DNA from: Octopus sinensis | Lineage: Eukaryota | Length of the DNA: 64,000 nucleotides | Assembly: GCF_006345805.1 (NCBI RefSeq) | Contig: NC_042999.1 | Location: 118,358,001 to 118,422,000, forward strand | Reading direction: 5' to 3' | In this document: positions 1 to 12,544 of the stretch, piece after piece | Layout of the letters: every line of letters starts with the position of its first letter | How positions within the stretch are numbered: the stretch's first letter is position 1 | Notes under the pieces: generated by a model | Seen by the model: the letters and a program-made list of their open reading frames with translations, nothing else | What the model was told of the DNA's origin: nothing | Database searches by the model: none | Program-made: the position numbers and the translations under genes

Positions 1-64
1 TTTCTATGAAATTTCTATGGTAATGTTCTCATTAGTAATGTTATCTCAAAATATACTTTCAGTT

Positions 65-76
65 TGTGTGTGTGTG

Positions 77-125
<49 letters not shown>
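65..125. repeat. (TG)n-(TA)n compound microsatellite
   Basis: Pure TG then TA dinucleotide runs read directly. Confidence 0.95.
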
Positions 126-127
<2 letters not shown>

Positions 128-1580
128 TAATTCTTCAAAATGGTTATTTGACAAAAGAGGAAAATAAAATTTATCGGAATGTAACTAATATCTGAATAGC
201 AACCAATATAATGTCATGAATTATTTAGACTATAACTTAATAGGAATAAAAATGCTGAGAGTTCTATAACTGTATTTTGTGTGAACTCAGTTCTTCCTTA
301 ATGTCAGAGAAAATTTCTGAATAGAGATATTTCTTACATATAGTGCAATCCCATAAAATAAGATTACCACAGACCAGTTCTTAATACAGTTAAAGATGAT
401 ATATGTACTCTTTGCTTCATACAACAAAGAGATGAAGTAAAAGCATGTGTCACAGAATTTAAGATCTCAATAGGCATGGTTACTTGTAATTTAATTGCCA
501 TTTTCTGATTTTGAAATTTGTTTTATTCCCGCTTGTGTTTTCTCAGTTCATTTAGTTACAGAGATATTTGGCATGACAAAAATATGCTCCCTGAGAATAT
601 TCGACAGATATTCTTCAGGATCTTTGTTTCTTTAAGAAAGTTTTTTTTACCCAGCTACAACATTGACGATGTCTCTTAAACCTGATAGTTATTTAAACCT
701 GATGGAAATTTAAATTAAAAAAAAAGAATGAACTAATTAATGTCATTAACTTAATCCTTCTAGGTGACTCAAGCACTCACAATTCCTCATGGATTTTACA
801 CTCATCCAAAACTAATGCTGTAGGGTAAAAGATAATCTTTTGCTGTTTTTAATTCTTTACACCAATTTGTTTCATCTCCTACTCATATTCCAGAGTAGTT
901 TGCAAATAATTTTCTCAGGGCAAAATTTAACCTCTACTAAACAGTAACTGTCACTTGTCACTGCACATACTGGGATTTCTAATCCCTGCTTCACCACGGC
1001 TATGCAACATGCAATGATTTACACACTCAACTGTTGCCTGGCTCCTGTAATACATCATAAGAGGAAGGGGTGCAGCTGTTCACCACTTTTATGCCAATTA
1101 TCTCAGGCAGTGATTTTGTTTTATTTTTGACAAATTAAAAATAGCTAGCCAGTACCTGAAATTATTCTTTTAGGCATGTCTTCTTCATGTCACATTCAGT
1201 TATAGCAATACTGAAATTGTTCAGGATATAAAAATGGAAAAGACAAGCAAGGCCTAGAATGCCTGTAAAATTTTACTCCCCTCCAAAAATGGCTTTCACC
1301 CACCAGTGCAACTCTTGTAAAATCCCTTTCTGGTCTGCAAAGTGTAATGGATGTCTTCATGAAAGACACATCCCTTAAGTGTTTTCTTTTTCTTTTTTTT
1401 TATAAGGATGAAGAGATTTATGCATCAAAGTTTTAATGAGACATTATAAACTGTTTTATTTGTATATTCTTAGTATTAACCTGTTTGTTTGAAATAGATT
1501 GATAAAATATATCATAGCAGTATGTTTCAGAAATATTGATGAGATTTCAAAATATTTTTGTTGCCTTTTGTCTTTTGAAG

Positions 1581-1598
1581 AAGCCAAATAAATGCTTT
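1581..1598 (+). CDS. Candidate 18-nt microexon (KPNKCF or SQINA frame)
   Basis: Acceptor ttttgtcttttgaag and donor gtaagt; no homology support. Confidence 0.15.
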
Positions 1599-2059
1599 GT
1601 AAGTGATGTGACTAAACAATATCAATTAATATGTTAATCTGTACAAATTAACATGTTAATTATTTCTTACTATGTGCCTTTGCTAAATGTACTTGGAGTA
1701 ATCACAAAATTGCTAGAGCATTTATTAATTAAATGACAGAAAAATAAATTATGCAAAAGTGTTAGTGAATACATGCATGCATACACACACACATACATAG
1801 ACACAGACACACGAACATGCACAGATGCACACACATGCACACATACACACACACAATAACAGCAACAACAACAACTACACACATATATTTTAGAAACCTA
1901 ATCACAAGATTTCAAAATCAACGATTCAAATGAATCATATATATTAATTATTGTATAATTACATATAGATATATATATTTGAATCAATATCTACACACAC
2001 ACACACGTATGTCCCCTACTCTCTTAAAGGATCTTTGTCTTGCAAGTTACTCAGTGATC

Positions 2060-2337
2060 CTATCAGTGTTGGTGCCATGTGAAAAGCAACCAATCCACAC
2101 TCTAAAGTGGTGGCATTAGGAAGGGCATCCAGCTGTAAAAACTATGTCTGTGCTGCTGTCACATAAAAGGCACCCGGTATACTCTGCAGGGTGTTTGGTG
2201 TTAGGAAGGTTATCCAGCCATAAGAACCTTGCCATAACAGACACAGAAGTCTTGTGCAGTCTTCTGCCAGAACAGCTCCTTTCAAACCATCCAACCCATA
2301 CTAGTATGGAAAGCAGACATTAAACGATGATGATGAT
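2060..2337 (+). mobile_element. RTE-tailed SINE fragment ending in (GAT)n, with internally duplicated module
   Basis: Two copies of the aaaagcacc...ggaagggcatccagc module, then aacccat.ctag.atggaaagcagacattaaacgatgatgatgat; the same tail recurs many times in the window. Confidence 0.8.
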
Positions 2338-2555
2338 ATATATACAAATACATATATACATACATAATACACACACATACACATATATAAATACACACGT
2401 GTGTATGTGTGTGTGAGTGTGTGTGTATGTATACACATTCGTACTGTTCCATGATGATGCCAAGTGGGCACAGCCTGAAGGATTGCATGAAAACACCAGA
2501 CATGTTAATATATGCTGTCTGAGCTGTTGTCATTGCATGAAACTAACAGTAGCTC

Positions 2556-2607
<52 letters not shown>

Positions 2608-2937
2608 TCATACTGTTCTGTGATGATGCCAAAAGGGCACAGCCTGAGGATTGCATGAAAAATCCCACATACACATACACACATATGTAATCGATTAAGG
2701 AAACAGAAGATAGATTTGGTATTAGTCTTTATTCCATATAACAATTGTTTCAACCCATCCTGCAACTATCCTTTATGGGTAGAATGTTGTGCATCGTATT
2801 GTGTTGCAGATGAAACCAGATAGCCCAAACTATGCTAGTGCTTTACTCAACACATCAACACACTAATTGACATATACCCATTAGTCCAAAAATTACACAC
2901 ACATACACATATATACATACATATATATATCTTTCAA

Positions 2938-3125
2938 TATGTGACCGCGTGTGTATCATTGGTGATTTTCTATCTCCGTCTTCCCTTCTTTGGACTTTTT
3001 CTATATTTCTGATGAAGAGCTCCGCTCGAAACGTGAAATCCTCTTTCTTTTCTTTCCTTTCCTGTACTTATTCCATGTCCTCGCATTGTTGTTTTTTTCT
3101 TGCTTGTTCATGTTTGGATTGACTA
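2938..3125 (+). mobile_element. Penelope-like/retrozyme-type repeat fragment carrying a hammerhead motif
   Basis: Flanked by (TA)n/(CA)n and contains the motif at 3005-3039; the family assignment is inferred from the motif type. Confidence 0.5.
3005..3039 (+). ncRNA. Minimal type I hammerhead ribozyme motif, probably inactive (G17)
   Basis: attt-CTGATGA-A-gagc(tcc)gctc-GAA-ACGT-G-aaat: stem I attt/aaat, stem II gagc/gctc, palindromic stem III ACGT. Confidence 0.6.
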
Positions 3126-3304
3126 TATATATATATACACACACACACACATGCACACAAGTATATACATAATCAAGATATAGTCACTACCCAAAACAAA
3201 AAGATTAAATTTATCTACCTATCTACTTATATGTGTGTGTGTGTGTAATACAAGAGGGATAATATGAACCAGAGTAATGTCTGTAAAAGTTCAGATATAA
3301 TTAT

Positions 3305-3361
<57 letters not shown>

Positions 3362-3819
3362 TGGTTATGGTCAAGAAGATCACTTCTGTATCACACGGTC
3401 TCAAGTTAAGTTGCCCTCCGCTACACATTTCCACATGTCCAGACATGCTATTGGAAATGAAGGTTACCACTTCCATGATAATGACACTCATTTGCAACTA
3501 TCACACTATGACAAGGCAAAGAGATAATAATACATAGAAAATAGTTACTAATTAGTGAATTTCTTCGATGTATCACCAGAACTGAAAACTGGTTTATATG
3601 CACCATATCACAAATCCAATGAAATATAATAATACAGCTTAAATCTATAGCTGCATATATTATGTAATAATATAATAATAGTCTTGAGTTTCTATGTCAA
3701 TGAAGCAATTAGAAATTAATGTAATGAAATAACTTGCTCACTTTACTCTCCGTGTTGATAACCATATATATGTATATATACATAACATATATGTATATAT
3801 ACATAACATATATGTAATA

Positions 3820-4240
3820 TCTATTATATAAAATTCTTTCTGTCTGTGTGTGTGTCTTCTAGAATCTCGGACATCCTCGATCCAATTGCGCTCAAATTTT
3901 ATATGTAGATACCAATGGTATCAGGGCGTGTATAAGTCTTGAAAAAATTACAAAAATCGATTCCAGGTGGGAATGCGATCGATAAAGCCGTGGGAACGTG
4001 CATTTGTACGTGAAAGTACATCAGCTGTTGCAGTTTGTGCAAAAAAAGCCGACTGGCTTGAAATAATGTCACAATATGCAGTATATTTAAGAGACCAAAA
4101 AAGTAAGATGCAAAAGAGATATTTTCTTCAAACTTGGCATGAAGGAAGGAAAGACTATTTTGGTTTCCCAAGAAGTTTTTTTATTTTTGCCTTAACTTCA
4201 TTTAACAAAACCAAAAATTTTATTGAAATAAAGGCATGCT
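3820..4240 (+). mobile_element. Non-autonomous Helitron-like element, 5' part
   Basis: Begins A|TCTATTATATAAAA followed by a tctgtctgtgtgtgtgtc microsatellite, the same layout as the 5' end of 12956-13467; no 3' CTAG found, so the end coordinate is approximate. Confidence 0.5.
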
Positions 4241-4630
4241 TAATTATTTTTTAATGAAAAGAAAACACTGATTGCTTTTTATTCAGCAGTCATGATTCAG
4301 CACTGTTCATTGGATGGTGGAGAGCGTTTTGCTTGTAACCTACATAGTAGATATATAAATGGGGTTAATTTAGTTATTTTCCTGTACATTAAAAAAACTG
4401 ATGAACAATCTGTTTTAAAAATTTATTGGATTCTCATGAGAGGAGCCCACATCATTTTGACCGATCCAAGAGAAACAAACAACCAGTCAGTTTATATACT
4501 CAACAATTACAGTAGCTAAAGAAAAACTTTTGCTACTAATTTGCATACCATAAGTGTTTTATATATATATAAGTATGAGTGTGTGTGTGTGTGTAAATGC
4601 ATTCATATATATATATATATATCTTATGTA

Positions 4631-4833
4631 AAAATGAGTTGCGACGTCACGAGTGCCAAGCTGTATCGGCCTTTGCCTTTCCCTTGGATAACACTGGTGG
4701 CATGGAGAGGGGAGGCCGGTATGCATGGGCGACTGCTGGTCTTCCATAAACAACCATGCCCAGATTTGTGACTAGGAGGGTAACTTTCTAGGTGCAATCC
4801 CATGGTCAGTGTCGTGACCGAAGGGGGTCCCGG
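4631..4833. mobile_element. Short retroposon insertion with 14-bp target-site duplication
   Basis: ATATATCTTATGTA at 4617-4630 and 4834-4847 flanks a GC-richer 203-bp insert. Confidence 0.85.
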
Positions 4834-6740
4834 ATATATCTTATGTACATTGGATGAATCAAAGCTGATGTTTAATTCTGTAGCTACATCAACTTTCCCA
4901 TTCTAAGATGTTCTTCAAAGTGATTGGTATTAATAGCTTCATTTTTAGGCACTTGATAGTAGGTGAACAGGATGTGACATTGCTGCTGTTTCATGCATAT
5001 GGTGGATTTGCTTAGTACCTATCTGTGTAATTTTTTTTTATCTTTCATTTGTTACACAGAATGTTTCTGGTTCAACTATAACTAATCTTTATGCTGTTTT
5101 TGTTGAACAATTGCACAAGCTTTTTGTGGTCAATGAAAAAATATTTTCATCAATATTAGGAAATTTCTGGTAACATTAATATTAAAGAGTGGGGTCAATG
5201 CAATATGATGTTTCTTTGATTTGAGTTTATGAGTATTTCACATTTTTTATTTAAATCCCATTTTTCTTATTTCATTATTGTTGTGATATTTCATGATTCA
5301 TCATTTTTGTTTTTGTTAAGGAAAACATTAAATATTTTCCAACTAATGTTACTTACTAGATTTATGATTAGAATTCTTTTTCATGCCAATAATAATTTCT
5401 ATATAGATATATACTTACATGTAGTTAGGTAATGTAAAATTTAAGCACTTAAAGTGCTTAGGGGGAAGGTAATAGTAGTTCTTGGCCCTAGATCAATCCC
5501 AAATGTGCAAACCTATTATAAAACTTACATTAGACATGACATAACCATTCATTTTTCATTCATAGTGTACAAAAAACTCAAATGTTGTGCTTTTCCTGGG
5601 TTTGCTACTGTTTCCAAGATATTGAATAATGCTGCTCTATAAAATTGATTGTGGTAGTTCTAACAGTATTATAAGTTTGTATATAGCTTAGAAATATTTC
5701 TGGAGGTTTTCTTTTCTTTATACATTGGTGGAGCTTTTGTTTGCCTTTAATATTTTTATATCATCAGCATAGCAAGTTAAAATGACTGTTCACATAAATA
5801 AGGACATGTTTGAGGGAGTTATTATAAAGAGTAAATGGTCCCAAGGAGTACTCTACTTAGAGTACTATTGTGAAAAAGTGATGCTGGTTACAATGGATTG
5901 ACTTCTGTCTGTTCAATGTATAGTTTTCTCTTCAAAACATAAAAAAATATATCGCAAGAAAATGTCCATATTCATGCCTAATAAACAATAAACTATTACA
6001 GATTATGTTTCTTTTTTTGTATTTCATACTCCTTTCTATCAGATATAATATAAGTCAATATAGTAACATGAAAGAATAAATGACTTGCAAATCTGTCCAG
6101 TTTGATTTTTGTAAACATCATCTAACCTACTCTCAAATTTTATGATCTAATCAGTTCAGCTCTCAGATCAAAAATATTATCAGCTAAGTCAACTTTTTCT
6201 CCCAGCTTAATCTATTAAAGAATAATACTTTTGATATTCTACAGGGTATGAGTGTCAGTTCTTTGTTCTTTTAATTGTTTGTTAGTTTTCATTAAGATGT
6301 TAAATATTGGAAAGCTTTATCAATCTACTTATAGATAAAATGTCTTTGAAATACATAAAATATTTTAACACTAATTATGCTGAAATCCTGAAAAATATTT
6401 AAAAACTTGTCTTATGAGAGGACAGGATAATTTTAATAATGCTGATCTGAGTTGTTGCAGAAATAATGAGGTTTGGGGTATAATTAATGAAATTTATAGC
6501 AATAACCATCACTAAATTACTTGGAACAAATGACTATGGATCATCAGATGAAACAGTATTACAAGCTGGTTTTTATATATAACTTATTTAAATTCATATA
6601 TTTAAAATTATATATCAATTTACATTTAAATCTCAAAATGCTCTCAACTGTAACATATTTATTTTAAATGGTTCAATTTACTGCAAATTTTAAAATATAA
6701 AACAATATAATTATTGATAAATTTTCTTTTACTTTTTCAG

Positions 6741-6789
6741 GTGAGTTACCATACTTCATTTAACTCTGTTTTCAAAGAACATCTCACAG
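6741..6789 (+). CDS. Candidate 49-nt exon (VSYHTSFNSVFKEHLT) or recursive-splice exon
   Basis: Strong acceptor ttttcttttactttttcag and donor CAG|gtaata; only one frame is open; the exon itself starts GTGAGT. Confidence 0.3.
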
Positions 6790-8694
6790 GTAATAATAAT
6801 TATTTCTAATATATGCATGTTATCTCAAAGTTTGGTACAGATTATGTTTGATTAAGATCAATCACGGTACTAAACAGATACTTATTTTATCACACAAGGA
6901 AGCTGAAAGCAATGATGGCCTCAACATGGCCTCAATTCAGAACTAAAAGAATATGACAAAAAAAGAGGAAGTTATTTTGTTGCCCTCTCGACCATTTCTC
7001 TGTGCTGCTCATTTTCATTTCAGTTACTCCAACCAGTTTTACTTTAGTAAATATGAGATACAAAGAACATTTACCATGTAAAATGCTAATCAGTGCAAAT
7101 GGCATTGGTTTCATTGTTTAACTTTCTCAATATTTGAGAAAACTTTGATTGTAGTAGTTCAACCCCAGGTCATTGTTCTATTCAACACAGTGTCCATTGT
7201 TTAAGAAAGATTTGGTTGTTATTTTGCGCAGATTGAGCCAATGGGAAAATTGTTCCTCATTGTCTAAGCTACAATGAAAGTGGAGTTCACATGACTCAAT
7301 AGTACTTGCATCTAAATAAATCTATGTCTAACTATGATAATTTCCCAGAAATTCAGACAAAGTTCAAAATAACCGTGTTGTTGGAGAACATTAAATAGTG
7401 TTTTAACGTTTTATAGAGATCACTTTGGTGTAGATGTTTTCCTTTTATAACAGCAAATAAGAAAGTAATTCTTCTGGCAGATATTTTGAAGTATTATTCA
7501 TTGTGATTATTTGGCTTTTCAAGATCAACCAATATAAAATGTAACAGAACAAAGAATTCACTGTTTTAAAGTGTCCATACAGCTATGTAAGATGTTTATA
7601 CACTGGGAAGTGCTTCTTGTACCAGTCACAGTATTGTCTTCTCTTTTTTTCTTCTTGTTTACCTGAACTGAAGTTTTGGTCTTTTATGTAAGTTTTCAAA
7701 TTTTGTTTTCTCTAAATTTAGTTGCATATGGCTCATTGATGATGAGAAAGCAAAAGAGAAAAAAATTCTATAAAAGTAATTGATTTTGTCAAACATTCAA
7801 ATCTGAGTTTATGTAGGTATTTTTTTTTTTTATGTATACCATTATATGTTACAGATAAGAAAAGATTTTGTGCACAGCTACTTTATTAAAGAAATAATTT
7901 CCAGCTGGAATCACAGGGATTAACATTAATGTTATGTTTATTGCAAGAATCTCAATTCAACATGGATTTGTTTTTATTTGGTTAATTTTTGTAACAGAGT
8001 TGTGGAATATTGTAATATTGCTTGCATGAATGCCCAGATTAAACAAATGTATTAGCTACACTGTAGTAATATCGTGCATGATAAGACACAGAGGTGTGAA
8101 GATGTAAATTAATGAATGTCCTTGGTTTTATTTCTTTTCTTTACAATTAAACAAAGAAGTGCACTGCAGAAATAATTTTTAGGAAATCCTTTCAGAAAAC
8201 AAAATAATTTCAATTTCTTTTAACATGAGAAATTAAAGAGAAAAGCATAGAAAAAAGAGACTTGTAATGTACTCAAAATGTTATAATTCTTATCTGTAAA
8301 TTACACACAATGAGACAAGTTCTTTGATAACCATATATAAACATCCCTTTTTTTTCTATAATGTTAGTAATCATGTAACTGCTCTACAACATGAAATCTG
8401 CTCTGTTTTGGTCTCTTCTTTTATATTTTAACCTTTCATCTCCTAACATATATCTGCCTCCCTCTCTATTGTAGCTCTACTCATATGAAGGAGATTTTAG
8501 ACTAGAATGCTGACTGGTGATTTCAATAATGCTTGTGCCTTGAAAAAGTACTCAGTACACTCTGTAAAGTGGTTGGTAAGAGGAAGGGCATCTAGCAATA
8601 GGCACCATACCAAAGCAGACATTTTAGCATAATGCAGTTCTCCAACCCAAAGGTGTGAAAGTTTTGGTTTATGCTATATATATGAAGTTCATGA

Positions 8695-8900
8695 TGAGGC
8701 ACCAAGCTGACAGAATTGTTAGAGCATTGGTAAAAATACTTTGTTGTATTTATTCTGGCTCTTTATAGTGAGAGTTGAAATCTCCCAAAGTCAACTTGAT
8801 AGGATTGATAAAATGAGGAACCATTTATCAACCTCTGTAGGATTGATAAAATGAGGTACCAGTCAAGTACTAAATTTGATGGTACCAACTACTCCCACTC
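8695..8900 (+). mobile_element. Degenerate tRNA-derived SINE (cagaattgttag...gataaaat.aggtacca family)
   Basis: Similar to copies at 23875-24085, 32100-32330, 43760-43960 and 63180-63370; internal duplication of aggattgataaaatgagg. Confidence 0.65.
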
Positions 8901-9438
8901 CCCACATAATTTCTGAGCATGATATGCTCTCAATTTTAATGAAACCTTTCAACATTGGTATTTCTTTAATTGCATGCATTTGGTGATTATATAAATTTTT
9001 GGTATTTTCCAGAACTATTGCAGAAAGAGTTTAAAAATTAGGTCTCTTTCACTCACCTGTTTTATTCTAGTAATCAGGTGAGTAATTATTGATGACTTTA
9101 AAAAGTGAAGGAAGGGAATTTCCAAAGTAGTAATTATTTGATAGTCTAGAGAAATAGTAAGGGAATATGAATGGAAGAGTCAAGAGGAGGCATGGGAAAT
9201 CTTTCTCAAGAAGTGGGCCACATGAAACAGTGCTCATCATCAGGTGGATCACACTTTTAAAAACTTCAAGGTAATTTTTCATTAGTTGTGCTGTTAAGAA
9301 AGTCCTACCGGCTGCAGTTTGCCCAAGACTGGTCTAGAATGTGCAAAAGTGAGTCCAAGTGATAACTAAAGTCTTTTCAACTTGTTACAAAATATTTCTA
9401 TACAACGTATTTCAAAAGTTACATAGACAATAGTTACA

Positions 9439-9845
9439 GGTGTGGCTGTGTGGTAGTAAAAGGTGTGCTTCCCAATCACATGGCTCCAGGTTCAGTTCCA
9501 CTGCATGGTATCTTGGGTGAGTGTCTTCATCTATAGCATCAGGCCAATCAAAGCCTTGTGAGTGGATTTAGTAAGTGAAAGCTAAAAGAAGCCTGTCATA
9601 TATGTATGTGTGTGTATGGGTGGGTGTGTTTGTGTCTGTATTTGTCCACAACCAACCACTTGAAAACCAGTGTTGGTGTATTTATATCCCCTAATATAGC
9701 AGTTCAGCAACTGATAGAATAAGTACCAGGCTTAATATATAAGTGCTGGGGTCGATTTATTCAATTAGCATTCTTCAAGGTGGTACCTCAGCATAGCTGC
9801 AGTATAATCAATGACTGAAACAAGTAAAAAGGAAAAGATAAAAGA
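9439..9845 (+). mobile_element. tRNA-headed CORE-type SINE (OR2-like)
   Basis: A-box-like tggctgtgtgg, B-box-like ggttcagttcc, a CORE-like cttgggtgagtgtctt segment, internal (TG)n and a tail ending gactgaaacaagtaaaa; at least four further copies in the window. Confidence 0.8.
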
Positions 9846-10020
9846 CATAGGTATGCAGAATCCTATCTATTTAATTATAAAAGTCATAGCATTAGATATA
9901 CTAACAATAATATGACTATAGTTTTTCCTGTGTGAATATCATCACAGTATTATATATTATCTAAATATTTCTTTATGATATTTCTTAATAACAGTTGTTA
10001 CTGATATATATCTTAAATCT

Positions 10021-10240
10021 GTCACAGTCATTTGACTGTGGCCATGCCGGAGCACCGCCTTTAGTCGGGCAAATCAACTCCAGGACTTATTCTTTGTAAG
10101 CCTAGTACTTATTCTATTGGTTTCTTTTTGCCGAACTGCTAAGCCACGGTGACGTAAATACACCAGCATCGGTTGTCAAGCGATGTTGGGGGGACAAACA
10201 CAGACACAAAACATATACACACACATACATACACATATAT

Positions 10241-10283
<43 letters not shown>

Positions 10284-10445
10284 GATGGGCTTTTTTCAGT
10301 TTCTGTTTACCAAATCCACTTACAAGGCTTTGGTCGACCCAAGGCTATAGTAGAAGACACTTGCCCAAGGTGCCACGCAGTGGGACTGAACCCAGAACCA
10401 TGTGGTTGGTAAGCAAGGTACTTACCACATAGCCACTCCTGCACC
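10021..10445 (-). mobile_element. tRNA-headed CORE-type SINE (OR2-like), well preserved
   Basis: Reverse complement matches 9439-9845 over its full length, with central (CA)/(TA) expansion. Confidence 0.85.
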
Positions 10446-10774
10446 TATATTAGTGAATTTCTTGCTTATTGTTGTCATTTGTGAGTTGTAAAGGGGAATG
10501 TGAGTTATTGTTGTAAACATTGTTCTATAGGAGTAATTTAACATTGGTAAAATGCTATAATCCCAATTCACTATACAATAATTCTTGAGGACTTAAAAAG
10601 CCACAAGCACTATTTCTCCCACACACATAAATGAATTAACTTAAATCATATAGTAATAAATTTGTATCAAATAAATTATATGCCTCCCCACCTTATTATA
10701 ATGCACATGTATGAAATTAATCTCTTATGTACTTACAATACATAGTATACAACTATTTCCATTTAAGGAGGCAT

Positions 10775-11217
10775 GTGGCTGAGTTCCTTTGAGTGTTGGG
10801 CCTCATAGAGGCAAGTGGCTGAATTCCTTTTGAGTGTTGGGCTTCTCAGAGGCAAGGTGACTGAGTTCCTTTTGAGCATTGGGCCCCATGGGGGCAAAGT
10901 GGCCAAGTTCCTTTCGAGTGTTGGGCCTTATAGAGGCAATGACCAAGACCTTTGATGTTATGCCATGCTTGAGAAGCAGACCCATTAAGCTGAGCAGAAT
11001 CACAGTTACGGTGGATACTGGTGTTATGCATATGGCATCTATGCTGGTGGCCCATAAAAACACCCATTACACTCTCGGAGTGGTTGGCTTTAGGAAGGGC
11101 ATCCAGCCATAGAAAACCAGGCCAAATCAGACTGGAGCCTGGCACAGCCTTCCAGTGTGCCAGCCCAGTCAAACCGTCCAACCCATGCCAGCATGGACAA
11201 CGGATGTTAAATGATGA
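10775..11217 (+). mobile_element. RTE-tailed SINE with a 5' array of four ~41-bp units
   Basis: Unit gtggctgagttcctttgagtgttgggcctcatagaggcaa x4, then the ggaagggcatccagc...gttaaatgatgat tail. Confidence 0.85.
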
Positions 11218-11250
11218 TAATATTATCCATACATATATTATAGTAATTTA

Positions 11251-11800
11251 CTAGTGGAACCCATGAATATTTCATGGAATTAAGGGTAAACTTATTGGGT
11301 AATTTCTGAAAACTTTATCCAAAAAACTTGAAAGCATAGCCTGTGTTGTGTCTGTATCAAAAGATAGTCACTCATCTATTACTCAATGAAAAAAGAAGGA
11401 AATTGATATACAATGATTACTTAATACACTTTATATACTTTATACATAATTTTATAGACTTAATACATAGCACTCTCCTGCTTTCTCTCTCATTCTTCAC
11501 CTTACCCTCTTTTTTGCTCCTTTTCCTTTCGCTCTTTACCTTTCCCTTCAATTAATTATGTGAAAGGTATACAGACGGGGTAAATAACGGAGGTAAAAAA
11601 CTTAGAAAAATTATGCATTTCACTCACCACCACCTCTACTTCCCTCTCCCTCCCTACCTCTCCCTCCCCATTTCTCCTCTCCACTCTTCTCCTCTCTATC
11701 CTCTCCCCTATCTCCCCTTCAACTAATCATGTGGAAGTGTTATGGACGGGCTATGTAATGGAGAAACAAGCAAAATTATTATAAGATGTAGCATTAGATA
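11251..11800 (-). mobile_element. Degenerate non-autonomous Helitron, 3' end
   Basis: Minus strand ends in hairpin ccatgaaatattcatgg (11261-11277), then gttcca-CTAG|T; it shares aaaattatgcatt with 12956-13467; the far boundary is approximate. Confidence 0.5.
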
Positions 11801-12124
11801 AACCCATCTACATGCACACATACTCACTAATACAAAAACATGTGTATAAAATTTGATATTTATTATGTTGAGTCTTTTCCACACATCTATCATCTCATAA
11901 ACAAATTATATCCACATGCTGTGACAAGTATTGTCACGAATAATCACAAGACATTATTTACCTTTGCAAAATAATTATTGGTCATTCAAATATTCTCACA
12001 AGCATTTGATATTTTCCTGTTCATTTCATTAACACATTAACTCTACTGAAGCAATATACAGAAAGATCTATTTTCCTGTTGATACACTTACACACATACG
12101 TTTATACATACATGCAGACATACA

Positions 12125-12192
12125 ATATGGACTCACAGTGCATATGGACTTGCAGTGAATATGGACTTGTGGTGCATATGGACTTGTGGCAA
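12125..12192. repeat. 17-bp minisatellite x4 (atatggactt.....gc)
   Basis: Units start at 12125, 12142, 12159 and 12176. Confidence 0.85.
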
Positions 12193-12544
12193 CAAGGCCA
12201 ATAAAAACTGAAATCACATGTAGCAATGGCAGATAATTATCTCCTGCTAGCTATATAAATCCTAGTGTTTATATGTACCACAAGTACATATGTGAGGTTC
12301 TCTCATGGTAACTATCACAGTATTCTGTGTTCTAACACAACATCCACATTTTAAGTGGGGATAAATATTACCTTTTCATATTAATACTACTTCTGTCACA
12401 ATTAATTATATAATATATACATGCATTATATATAATAATATAATAATATAATAATATAAATATATAAATATATAATAATATAAATATATAATAATATAAA
12501 TAATATAAATAATATAAATAATATATAAATACATATATGTACAT

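Noticed and set aside
1225-1378. Frame reading QCNSCKIPFWSAKCNGC (zinc-ribbon-like)
   Set aside because: Bounded by stops with no usable acceptor or donor in that frame.
2450-2492. ATGATGA-T-gcc(aagtg)ggc-acagc as a decayed hammerhead
   Set aside because: Lacks C3-U4 and the GAA half of the core in both copies.
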